A program made the position numbers and the translations under genes. Positions 24,951-32,000 of a DNA stretch of 32,000 bases are shown here, in pieces. The DNA comes from an archaeon (GTDB taxonomy: Archaea > Nanobdellota > Nanobdellia > Woesearchaeales > UBA9642), in NCBI GenBank assembly GCA_020057295.1, contig JAGVGF010000003.1, positions 154,236-186,235 on the forward strand, written 5' to 3'. Each line of letters opens with the position of its first letter. The first letter of the stretch is position 1. The notes beneath the pieces were generated by a model, which was not told the DNA's origin, did not search any database, and was given only the letters and a program-made list of their open reading frames with translations.

Positions 24951-25529
24951 TTAATGTAATAGTAATACTCTCTTTTTTTCAAATTCTACTTCTTTAGGTT
25001 TATATGGTATAGAACTGACCCACACAATGTTTGCATGAACATTTTCTAAAGATCTAACTAATTCAGGCATGTAACTTCCATTAAGGTGAGGATCTATTAT
25101 TACTACTCTCTTGTCTTTAAACTCTTGATAAGAAGTTTCTACCCTCATAGGATTTGGGATGTATGTAAAAGTTCTTTGATGAATATTGGCCACATGTGTT
25201 CCTCTTACAAGACCGTAGGGTACAGTGCCTATAACTATATCGAGTTCCTTATCAATACCGTCTTGTAATAAATCTGTTAAATCTTCGTTATGTTTGTCTT
25301 TGACTAACACCAAAGATTTATTTGTTGTCAATGCTAATGTTGTTCCTGCGATTAATGCAGTATAATTTGCAACGACTATAATATCAAAGTTAGGAGGTAT
25401 TTGAGAAAACAACATCTGATCTAATTTTCTACGATCATGATACTCATTTATTTTTGGAAGCGTGTATGTCTCAGGCACTCTCAACGAGACTGCATCATCA
25501 GGTAACATTACTCCAGCGATAATTTTCAT
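24951..25529 (-). CDS. Phosphoribosyltransferase-fold protein with a degenerate PRPP-binding loop
   Basis: IIVVANYTALIAGTTLALTTNKSLVLVKDK resembles the PRTase flexible-loop region. KRVVIIDPHLNGSYM occupies the position of the VlivDDvl.TGgT PRPP loop, with DD changed to DP and TG to NG. A minus-strand TTATAAAA box lies about 28 nt from the ATG. Confidence 0.6.
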   Translation of the reverse strand: MKIIAGVMLPDDAVSLRVPETYTLPKINEYHDRRKLDQMLFSQIPPNFDIIVVANYTALIAGTTLALTTNKSLVLVKDKHNEDLTDLLQDGIDKELDIVIGTVPYGLVRGTHVANIHQRTFTYIPNPMRVETSYQEFKDKRVVIIDPHLNGSYMPELVRSLENVHANIVWVSSIPYKPKEVEFEKKRVLLLH

Positions 25530-25603
25530 ACATGTGGGAATTCAAAATCTTTTATAAGATTTACTATTTTTTTGAGTGACATCTAAACCTTTTTTCCTTA
25601 AAC

Positions 25604-25612
25604 TTTATAAAA
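25604..25612 (+). promoter_or_regulatory. TATA box (TTTATAAAA) for leaderless cysS
   Basis: 29 nt upstream of ATG 25633. This supports the shorter start. Confidence 0.55.
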
Positions 25613-25632
25613 CATTATCTATTATTTTAATT

Positions 25633-27039
25633 ATGGTTCCTATTAGACTACATAATACTTTGACAAGAAAGAAAGAAGATTTTATTCCCATTAAGGAAGG
25701 TCACGTAGGGCTATATACTTGTGGACCGACAGTTTACTGGTTTGCGCATATTGGAAATTTACGAACATACATATTTGAAGATTTACTCAAGAGAATGTTC
25801 TTATACAATAATTATCAAGTTAAACATGTAATGAATATTACAGATGTCGGTCACTTAACATCAGATGCTGATGAAGGCGAAGACAAAATGTTGCTTGGTG
25901 CAAAGCGTGAAGGTAAAACTGTATGGGATATTGCAAAATTCTATGAACAAGCATTCTTTAATGATACTAAAAAATTAAATATTCTAGATCCAGATATCAC
26001 ATGTAGAGCTACAGAACATATTAAAGAAATGGTTCATTTAATTGAAAAACTTGAAAAAAATAAAATAACTTACTCAGTTGATGGTAATATATATTATGAT
26101 ATAAGTAAGTTCAAAGCATATGGAAAATTAGCAAATATCAACCTTGAAGATTTAAAAGCTGGTGCAAGAATAGAAGTTGATAAGAATAAACATAATCCTC
26201 ATGATTTTGTATTATGGTTTACTAAAAGTAAATTTCAAGATCAAGAAATGAAGTGGCCTAGTCCTTGGGGTGTAGGTTATCCTGGATGGCATATTGAATG
26301 TTCAGCAATGAGTATGAAATATCTTGGAGAAAATTTTGATATACATTGTGGAGGAATAGATCATATAAGTGTACATCATACTAATGAAATTGCACAATCA
26401 GAAGGTGCTACTGGACATAAATGGGTTAATTATTGGTTGCACGGAGAATTCTTAGTAATGGACAAAGGTAAAATGTCTAAATCTAGTGGAGAGATATTAA
26501 CTGTTGAAACATTAGAAAAACATGGCTACAATGCAATGGATTATAGATATTTATGTTTAAACACACATTATAAAACTCCGTTAACATTCAGTTATGATTC
26601 TCTTGACGCGGCAAAAACTGCGTTTCAAAGTCTTAAGAGTAAAGTCTTAGAATTAAAAAATAGTTCTGGACATTTAAAAATCGAACATAAAATAGATATG
26701 GATAAATATCGGCGTGAATTTTTAGAGGCTATTAATGATGATTTAAATATTCCAAAAGCTTTAGGGTTATTGTGGACTCTGCCTAAGGATAAAGAGTTGA
26801 ATAATAAAGAAAAGTACGATTTAATTCTAGAATTTGATAAAGTCTTCGGATTAGAATTAACACATGTTAAAGAGGAAAAAATCGAAGTTCCTTATGAAAT
26901 TTTAGAATTAGTTAAAGAACGTGAACATGCACGTAAAACTAAAGATTGGAAGAAATCCGACGAATTAAGAGATTTAATAGCTGGTAAAGGCTATGCTGTT
27001 GACGATGCTGCTCAAGGTTCTAAAGTTAGAAAATTATAG
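25633..27039 (+). CDS. cysS: Cysteine--tRNA ligase
   Basis: TCGPTVYWFAHIGNLRTY (HIGH-type motif), WHIECS and KMSKS. The start is set at ATG 25633 (MVPIRLHNTLTRKKE), the usual CysRS N-terminus. The track's GTG 25576 extension is rejected. Confidence 0.95.
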   Translation: MVPIRLHNTLTRKKEDFIPIKEGHVGLYTCGPTVYWFAHIGNLRTYIFEDLLKRMFLYNNYQVKHVMNITDVGHLTSDADEGEDKMLLGAKREGKTVWDIAKFYEQAFFNDTKKLNILDPDITCRATEHIKEMVHLIEKLEKNKITYSVDGNIYYDISKFKAYGKLANINLEDLKAGARIEVDKNKHNPHDFVLWFTKSKFQDQEMKWPSPWGVGYPGWHIECSAMSMKYLGENFDIHCGGIDHISVHHTNEIAQSEGATGHKWVNYWLHGEFLVMDKGKMSKSSGEILTVETLEKHGYNAMDYRYLCLNTHYKTPLTFSYDSLDAAKTAFQSLKSKVLELKNSSGHLKIEHKIDMDKYRREFLEAINDDLNIPKALGLLWTLPKDKELNNKEKYDLILEFDKVFGLELTHVKEEKIEVPYEILELVKEREHARKTKDWKKSDELRDLIAGKGYAVDDAAQGSKVRKL

Positions 27040-27092
27040 GATAAAATAGAATTTCTAAGATAATCCTAGAATAAAATGAAGCAATTATCGTC

Positions 27093-27108
27093 AATTTTAT
27101 AAACAATA
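27093..27108 (+). promoter_or_regulatory. Promoter (AATTTTATAAACAATA) for the leaderless dph6 operon
   Basis: Identical 16-mer to 21504-21519. TATA start 27095 lies 30 nt before ATG 27125. Confidence 0.6.
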
Positions 27109-27124
27109 TTCTATTATATAGATT

Positions 27125-27811
27125 ATGAGTATTTCGCCTAAACTAAAGACTGCTGTACTATTTTCTGGAGGGAAAGATTCAGGCCTCGCTCTCTCATATG
27201 CATTGGAACATACTGATGTTAAATGTTTGATAATTATGGTTTCTCAAAATCTTGAAAGTTACATGTTTCACACTCCAAATATTAAATGGGCACAAGTTCA
27301 AGCTAAAGCTATAGGAATTCCGTTTATTATTCAAGAAACTAAAGGTGTTAAAGAAAAAGAATTAAAAGATTTAGAAAAAGCCATAAAGTTAGCAAAAACA
27401 AAATATAAGATTCAAGGAATAGTTACTGGAGCAATAGAATCTGTATATCAAGCATCACGTGTTCAAACAATAACTAATGATTTAGATCTTGAATGTTTCA
27501 ATCCGTTATGGCAATGTGATCAGATAGAATTATTAAAAGAGTTATTAGATAAAAAATTTGAGATAATAATTATAGGAGTTTTTGGTTATGGTCTTGAGAA
27601 GTTGATTGGTAAAACAATTGATAGGGTATTCATTGAAGAAGTGAAATTTTTGAAGGATAGATTAAAGATTAATCCTGCAGGGGAAGGCGGAGAATTTGAA
27701 AGTTTCATGCTAAATGCTCCCTATTATACAAAGCGTTTAGAAATAATTAAAAGCACAATGACTGTCGATAAAGAAGGCGGAAAAATAATGATTATTGAAG
27801 AGTTAAAATGA
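27125..27811 (+). CDS. dph6: Diphthine--ammonia ligase (Dph6; MJ0570-family PP-loop ATP pyrophosphatase)
   Basis: PP-loop AVLFSGGKDSGLALSYAL and AGEGGEFESF. It looks collinear with M. jannaschii MJ0570 as I recall it. Confidence 0.85.
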   Translation: MSISPKLKTAVLFSGGKDSGLALSYALEHTDVKCLIIMVSQNLESYMFHTPNIKWAQVQAKAIGIPFIIQETKGVKEKELKDLEKAIKLAKTKYKIQGIVTGAIESVYQASRVQTITNDLDLECFNPLWQCDQIELLKELLDKKFEIIIIGVFGYGLEKLIGKTIDRVFIEEVKFLKDRLKINPAGEGGEFESFMLNAPYYTKRLEIIKSTMTVDKEGGKIMIIEELK

Positions 27812-30285
27812 AAATTATAGATTTTATTCAACCTCATAAAACTAAATTAGTTAAGACAGCAATAGCTATAACTATACTTGTTATTTTATTAATTATAGGA
27901 TTATTATTACTACAAATAAATTTTCTAATTGGTGAGGAAATACGTGTGAGTGTAAATCCCGAGTATTCTACTATTCAAACTACCAGTCCTTCTCTTTTAG
28001 AATTTTCCACATCTGTAACTATATATAACAAATTCGTATGCAGTGCCGAGTGTTCATATACTTTAGCAGATCTATCTCATGATACTATTTTAGATAATGG
28101 AACTTTTAATTCTAAAGCATATAATAATAAACGTTATACAAAAAATATTCAATTAGCGGATTATGGTTATGGTAGAAATCTATATAGTTATACTATTAAG
28201 TGTGGTAATATTCCCACAACTTTGTGCCCATCATCTAATATTACTGTCGTACGAGAATCTCTTATGATTGTAGAATATAGTCCTTCTAAGGAACAGATTT
28301 CGGCACTAACAGAATTGAGAAAATCTTATGATAATATTAGCATCGCATTATCTTCTTCATGGAAAAATATTGATTACGCAATTAATGTGACTAAAGAATT
28401 TAATGATATAAAGTTTGACACTAATAAATTATATTCCCTAAAGTCAACACTTGATTACGTGAAAACCGATTTTAACGATGTACTAAATGTCTGGCGTAGC
28501 GATAATTACATTTTGGCTAAAGATTCTTTATCTACAAAGATATTAGTTGCAAGATCTAATATGTTATTTGATGATTCAAAAAAACAGATTTCAGAAATAA
28601 TTAGTATTATTAATAAATATAATTTTGTGATTACTCAATTATCCTATGTCAATAATGATATAGTTTTATATCCTTCATTATATTCGAAAAGTTATTTACT
28701 TAACGATTCTGTTGTTGAAAATCAAATGTTTAATACTGTAAAAGATGTTAATATCTTAATCACGGGATTCAATAGTAATGGTTACGATAATTATGATGTT
28801 GTTCTGAGTCAAATATCAGACATAAACAAAGAAGTTATATCTACAAACAACAAGATAGTTAGCGATTACCCTCTTCTAAAAAAATATTATCCATCATTAT
28901 ATGTTTATTCTGGAATAACTTGTATGCTTAATAACACTAATTGTGATAGAAAATATACTTCTGTGCCATTAAATATTACTGACATGAACTTAATTCTAGA
29001 TACTCTCTGTTCTGATAGTAAATCAATATTAAACACTCCACCTATAAATAGTAATACTACTGGCTTAGACTCGGAAGAATCATTATTATTTGAATATTAT
29101 TTGTTGAATGATTATAAATCAAAATATGCAGATAATGATAATATTAATTTAGTTACAGCATATCAAGAAAATATAAGTAATACTTTGTTCTTAGCATATA
29201 ATATTACTATAAATCAGAAATCACTTAATAACTACAAATTTAATAAAGCACAATTCTCGTTTTATAATAATGATGTAGTTCTTCGTGACGTGGTTAAATT
29301 ATATAATTTGTGCAATGCTGATGTTTCTAGAAATAATTTTGTTAGTGTTGTAAAATTATCTAAATCTTATAAGTACATGCCTAATATTTCTACCACGGAA
29401 TTTAATGTTGTTATTCCTGAACAGCCTATAAGTGCGGAGAAATGTTGTATATATGGTGAATGCTTGTCCTGTAAGAATAATAATAACAATTCTAAGAATC
29501 CTTTAATATTATTGCATGGACATTCTTTTAATAAAGATGATACAGCATATCAATCTATAGAAATATTTAATTTCTATGCTCATAATTTCTCTTCTAGTAA
29601 GGAATATTATTTTGGTGGAACTCTTGTACGAAACACTAATAGCACTTTAGGTCCTGAAATTTTAGGAGGATATAATGTTCCAGTACTAGTGAAACCGACT
29701 TATTATATTGATACATACAGCGATATTTTAGGATTAAAATCTAGTGAGTCAAAAAATGGTAATATTGACACGTATGCATTAAGACTTAAAGATATTATAG
29801 ATTATACATTATATACTACGGGTGCTAGCAAGGTTGACATTGTTGCGCATTCAATGGGCGGAATAGTTGTAAGAAGATATGTTCATATATTTGGTAATCA
29901 GCATATAGGCAAGGTTATACTAATAGCTACTCCTAATAGCGGTATTGATGATCATTCATATATTATATGTAAAATTTTTGGCGCAATAAACGAATGCGAT
30001 GACATGAAATCAGATAGTTTATTCTTAAAAAAACTTAACGATCCAATAAATCAACAAAAAATTCAAGAATTATACTTGGTTATTGGTAGAGGATGTGATA
30101 CTAACGGGGTTGATGGTGATGGGGTTGTTACTGTGAATAGTTCTTTAATTAGTGGTGTATCTTCAAGTAACATTCTTTTTGTCAACGGTTCATGTACTAC
30201 AACAACTCCTCTACATAATGCTTTATTAAATCCTGGATTGTATCCTGAAGCATTATCTTATGTGCGTGAGGTATTATCAAAATGA
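27808..30285 (+). CDS. Membrane-anchored extracytoplasmic protein: N-terminal TM anchor, Asn/Cys-rich region of about 550 aa of unknown fold, and a C-terminal LipA-like (class 2 lipase) alpha/beta hydrolase domain
   Basis: TM anchor TAIAITILVILLIIGLLLLQINFLIG. Oxyanion-region PLILLHGHSF. The nucleophile elbow KVDIVAHSMGG is identical to the B. subtilis LipA elbow as I recall it. Candidate catalytic Asp in DGDGVVTV and His in TPLHNALL. The ATG overlaps the dph6 stop (ATGA). Confidence 0.85.
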   Translation: MKIIDFIQPHKTKLVKTAIAITILVILLIIGLLLLQINFLIGEEIRVSVNPEYSTIQTTSPSLLEFSTSVTIYNKFVCSAECSYTLADLSHDTILDNGTFNSKAYNNKRYTKNIQLADYGYGRNLYSYTIKCGNIPTTLCPSSNITVVRESLMIVEYSPSKEQISALTELRKSYDNISIALSSSWKNIDYAINVTKEFNDIKFDTNKLYSLKSTLDYVKTDFNDVLNVWRSDNYILAKDSLSTKILVARSNMLFDDSKKQISEIISIINKYNFVITQLSYVNNDIVLYPSLYSKSYLLNDSVVENQMFNTVKDVNILITGFNSNGYDNYDVVLSQISDINKEVISTNNKIVSDYPLLKKYYPSLYVYSGITCMLNNTNCDRKYTSVPLNITDMNLILDTLCSDSKSILNTPPINSNTTGLDSEESLLFEYYLLNDYKSKYADNDNINLVTAYQENISNTLFLAYNITINQKSLNNYKFNKAQFSFYNNDVVLRDVVKLYNLCNADVSRNNFVSVVKLSKSYKYMPNISTTEFNVVIPEQPISAEKCCIYGECLSCKNNNNNSKNPLILLHGHSFNKDDTAYQSIEIFNFYAHNFSSSKEYYFGGTLVRNTNSTLGPEILGGYNVPVLVKPTYYIDTYSDILGLKSSESKNGNIDTYALRLKDIIDYTLYTTGASKVDIVAHSMGGIVVRRYVHIFGNQHIGKVILIATPNSGIDDHSYIICKIFGAINECDDMKSDSLFLKKLNDPINQQKIQELYLVIGRGCDTNGVDGDGVVTVNSSLISGVSSSNILFVNGSCTTTTPLHNALLNPGLYPEALSYVREVLSK

Positions 30286-30851
30286 TTTTAATTGTTAATA
30301 TATGTAATAATTTATTGCATTATCAAGAATTTGTAAGACCTATAGAGGACATAATTCGAAATACAGAAGAGCCTTTCATAACTAGGCATTATACGGAATT
30401 AACCTCTAAGGATGTGTATGATTCTCATAGAATAATTATTACTGGAACATCGCTTCAAGATTTTGAATATTCTAAACATTTAGATAAATTCAAGTTTATA
30501 TCTGATGAATTATTGAAAAACGATTCTTCAAAGAAACCAATACTCGGTATTTGTGGTGGGATGCAGATATTGTGTTTGATGCGTGGATGTAAGCTTGTTA
30601 AAGGTTTAGAAATTGGTTTAGTTAAAGCAAAATTTTCAGCTGAATTTCTTGGAATGAATGGCGAAAAGGACGTTTACTCATTGCATAATATGGTTGTTAA
30701 AAAGGATAATGCTTTAGAAAAACATTTCCATATCTATGCTTCAACAAAATATGTTCAAGCTGTTAAAGATAAACATTATAAAATTTATGGTGTATTATTT
30801 CATCCTGAGGTTCGCAACAAAGATATTATACGACGTTTTTTATGTGTATGA
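30282..30851 (+). CDS. Class I glutamine amidotransferase (GuaA subunit-A-like)
   Basis: Nucleophile elbow PILGICGGMQIL and the His-Glu pair in VLFHPEV. 189 aa, the size of archaeal stand-alone GATase subunits. The ATG overlaps the upstream TGA. Confidence 0.8.
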   Translation: MILIVNICNNLLHYQEFVRPIEDIIRNTEEPFITRHYTELTSKDVYDSHRIIITGTSLQDFEYSKHLDKFKFISDELLKNDSSKKPILGICGGMQILCLMRGCKLVKGLEIGLVKAKFSAEFLGMNGEKDVYSLHNMVVKKDNALEKHFHIYASTKYVQAVKDKHYKIYGVLFHPEVRNKDIIRRFLCV

Positions 30852-30905
30852 TAGTAAAATTTTTAAGTGTATAAGCAAGGTTTTCATTGAGGTTTTATTT
30901 ATCTG

Positions 30906-32000
30906 ATGGTGAGGCACAATCTAGTAATAATATTAGTAATAGCACTGTTAGCTTTTAGCATATTTTCTATTAATGTATCTGGTACTAGTTTTAAAAATGA
31001 TGATAAAAGATATCGTAATATAGAAGATAAAATAAGTAGCGAAGGATATGCTAATGTCATTATAGTTTTTGAAGATGAACAATCAAGTGAGCAATCGGTT
31101 AGTGATAGAGACACTAAAGGTAGATTATTGCATACAGCATCACAAGATATTCAAGATACACGTTATATTCAAGACGTGCTTGTGTCGAATGTAAACGGAT
31201 TTGATAAAAAATCTGATTTGGATATAATAAATGGTTATGCTGGAAAGTTAACTGTTCAAGGATTGAATGATTTAACAGTAAAGTCTAAAAATTCTGGTAA
31301 AAAATTTAAAGTTTATGAAGATAAAATATTGCATATTTTAGATGTAGATTCTAATACCCTGACAGATCTTAATATAAGTACATCAGCTGTGAATGCAAAT
31401 TATTCTTGGAATGTTATGAATATAACTGGAAGAAATATAAGTATAGCTGTGATTGATACAGGAATATATTATAATAATTCAGATCTTGGAGGATGTTACG
31501 GTAATGGTACTAATACTAGTTGTAGAGTATTTGATGGTTACGACTTCGTCAACAGCGACTATAATCCTATAGATGACAACGGACATGGTACACATGTTGC
31601 TGGAATAATAGGAGCTAATGGAACAATTAAAGGAGTTGCTCCTGAAGTTACTATTTATGCATTAAAAGCTTGTAGTGTTGGAGGTTCATGTCTTACTTCA
31701 AATATACTTCAAGCAATTAGTTGGGCAGAAAATCATTCGATTAAAATAATTAGTATGTCTATTGGAGGATGGGTTTCTAATACTGATGAAGGAAATAGCG
31801 GTAAAGATCCTTTGTCTCTTGCTGTGGATAGCGCTTTCAATAATGGCATAGTTGTTGTAGTAGCTGGAGGAAATAGTGGTGCAGGAATATCTACTATAAA
31901 TGCTCCTGGAGCTTCTGAAAAAGCTATAACTGTAGGAGCTGTTAACGATGCAGGAACTATAAGCACTGGCGATGATACTGTAGCAAGTTTTAGTAGTTTA
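30906..32000 (+). CDS. Secreted subtilisin-like serine protease (peptidase S8), N-terminal 365 codons (continues beyond the window end)
   Basis: Open frame from ATG 30906 to the window edge, so not in the ORF track. Signal/anchor MVRHNLVIILVIALLAFSIFSINVSG, followed by a propeptide-like region. Catalytic Asp in IAVIDTGI and His in DDNGHGTHVAG. Oxyanion Asn in VVVVAGGNSG. The catalytic Ser is expected downstream of the window. Confidence 0.9.
   Translation, partial: MVRHNLVIILVIALLAFSIFSINVSGTSFKNDDKRYRNIEDKISSEGYANVIIVFEDEQSSEQSVSDRDTKGRLLHTASQDIQDTRYIQDVLVSNVNGFDKKSDLDIINGYAGKLTVQGLNDLTVKSKNSGKKFKVYEDKILHILDVDSNTLTDLNISTSAVNANYSWNVMNITGRNISIAVIDTGIYYNNSDLGGCYGNGTNTSCRVFDGYDFVNSDYNPIDDNGHGTHVAGIIGANGTIKGVAPEVTIYALKACSVGGSCLTSNILQAISWAENHSIKIISMSIGGWVSNTDEGNSGKDPLSLAVDSAFNNGIVVVVAGGNSGAGISTINAPGASEKAITVGAVNDAGTISTGDDTVASFSSL

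Noticed and set aside
25576-25632. GTG-initiated 19-codon extension of cysS
   Set aside because: The CysRS family begins at the MVPIRLHNTLT-type sequence. A TATA box 29 nt upstream of ATG 25633 lies inside the proposed extension.
30899-31966. Minus-strand ORFs 30899-31114 and 31733-31966
   Set aside because: They lie inside the plus-strand subtilisin gene, which has the D/H/N catalytic motifs.
1-32000. CRISPR arrays, tRNA/rRNA genes, IS/transposase or integrase genes, and C/D box sRNAs near nop5-flpA
   Set aside because: By eye I saw no spaced direct repeats, no GC-rich cloverleaf-capable intergenic segment, no transposase- or integrase-like ORF, and no paired RUGAUGA/CUGA boxes in the spacers. 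A covariance-model scan (tRNAscan-SE, Infernal, snoscan) would be needed to exclude small RNAs.

Overview
Strongly AT-rich archaeal chromosome segment. The archaeal assignment rests on aIF5A with the hypusine-site motif GKHGHAK, ribosomal protein L40e, aRF1 with NIKS and GGQ motifs, a Nop5-fibrillarin pair and an MJ0570-type Dph6. Tight gene packing, a shortened Nop5 and mixed leaderless and SD-led genes suggest a small-genome, DPANN-like lineage, but that is inference only. I support 34 protein-coding genes plus one low-confidence micro-ORF. By eye I found no rRNA, tRNA, CRISPR array or IS element.

Gene blocks, in order:
- 1-2672: two divergently transcribed signal-peptide proteins that are beta-strand-rich and porin-like, plus a coupled 171-aa unknown.
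- 2686-6063 (minus strand): M50 site-2 protease, L40e, aIF5A, an unknown 236-aa protein and a DUF45/SprT-like Zn-peptidase.
- 6197-9592: three genes with overlapping start/stop codons. They are a fold-type-II PLP enzyme, a 49-aa ribbon-helix-helix protein missing from the ORF track, and a 708-aa protein with an APH/choline-kinase-like domain, one TM helix and an unknown C-terminal domain. This is my best candidate for an undescribed system.
- 9589-10494: AbrB-PhoU regulator.
- 10749-19696: Liv-type amino-acid ABC transporter locus with three binding proteins, two inserted unrelated genes, livHMGF and an AlaE-like membrane protein.
- 19729-27039: housekeeping genes (aRF1, Nop5, fibrillarin, pyrF, pyrE, a degenerate PRTase paralogue, CysRS).
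- 27125-32000: dph6, an 825-aa membrane-anchored protein ending in a LipA-like lipase domain, a class-I GATase, and a secreted subtilisin that runs off the window.

Several ORF-track starts are N-terminal over-extensions. I corrected them using paralogue alignment, GGGGG/GGAGG SD-like motifs, and a recurrent TATA box whose first base lies 27-30 nt upstream of the ATG (30 in six of the eight cases I counted). All functional calls come from motif recognition by eye. No database search was run.
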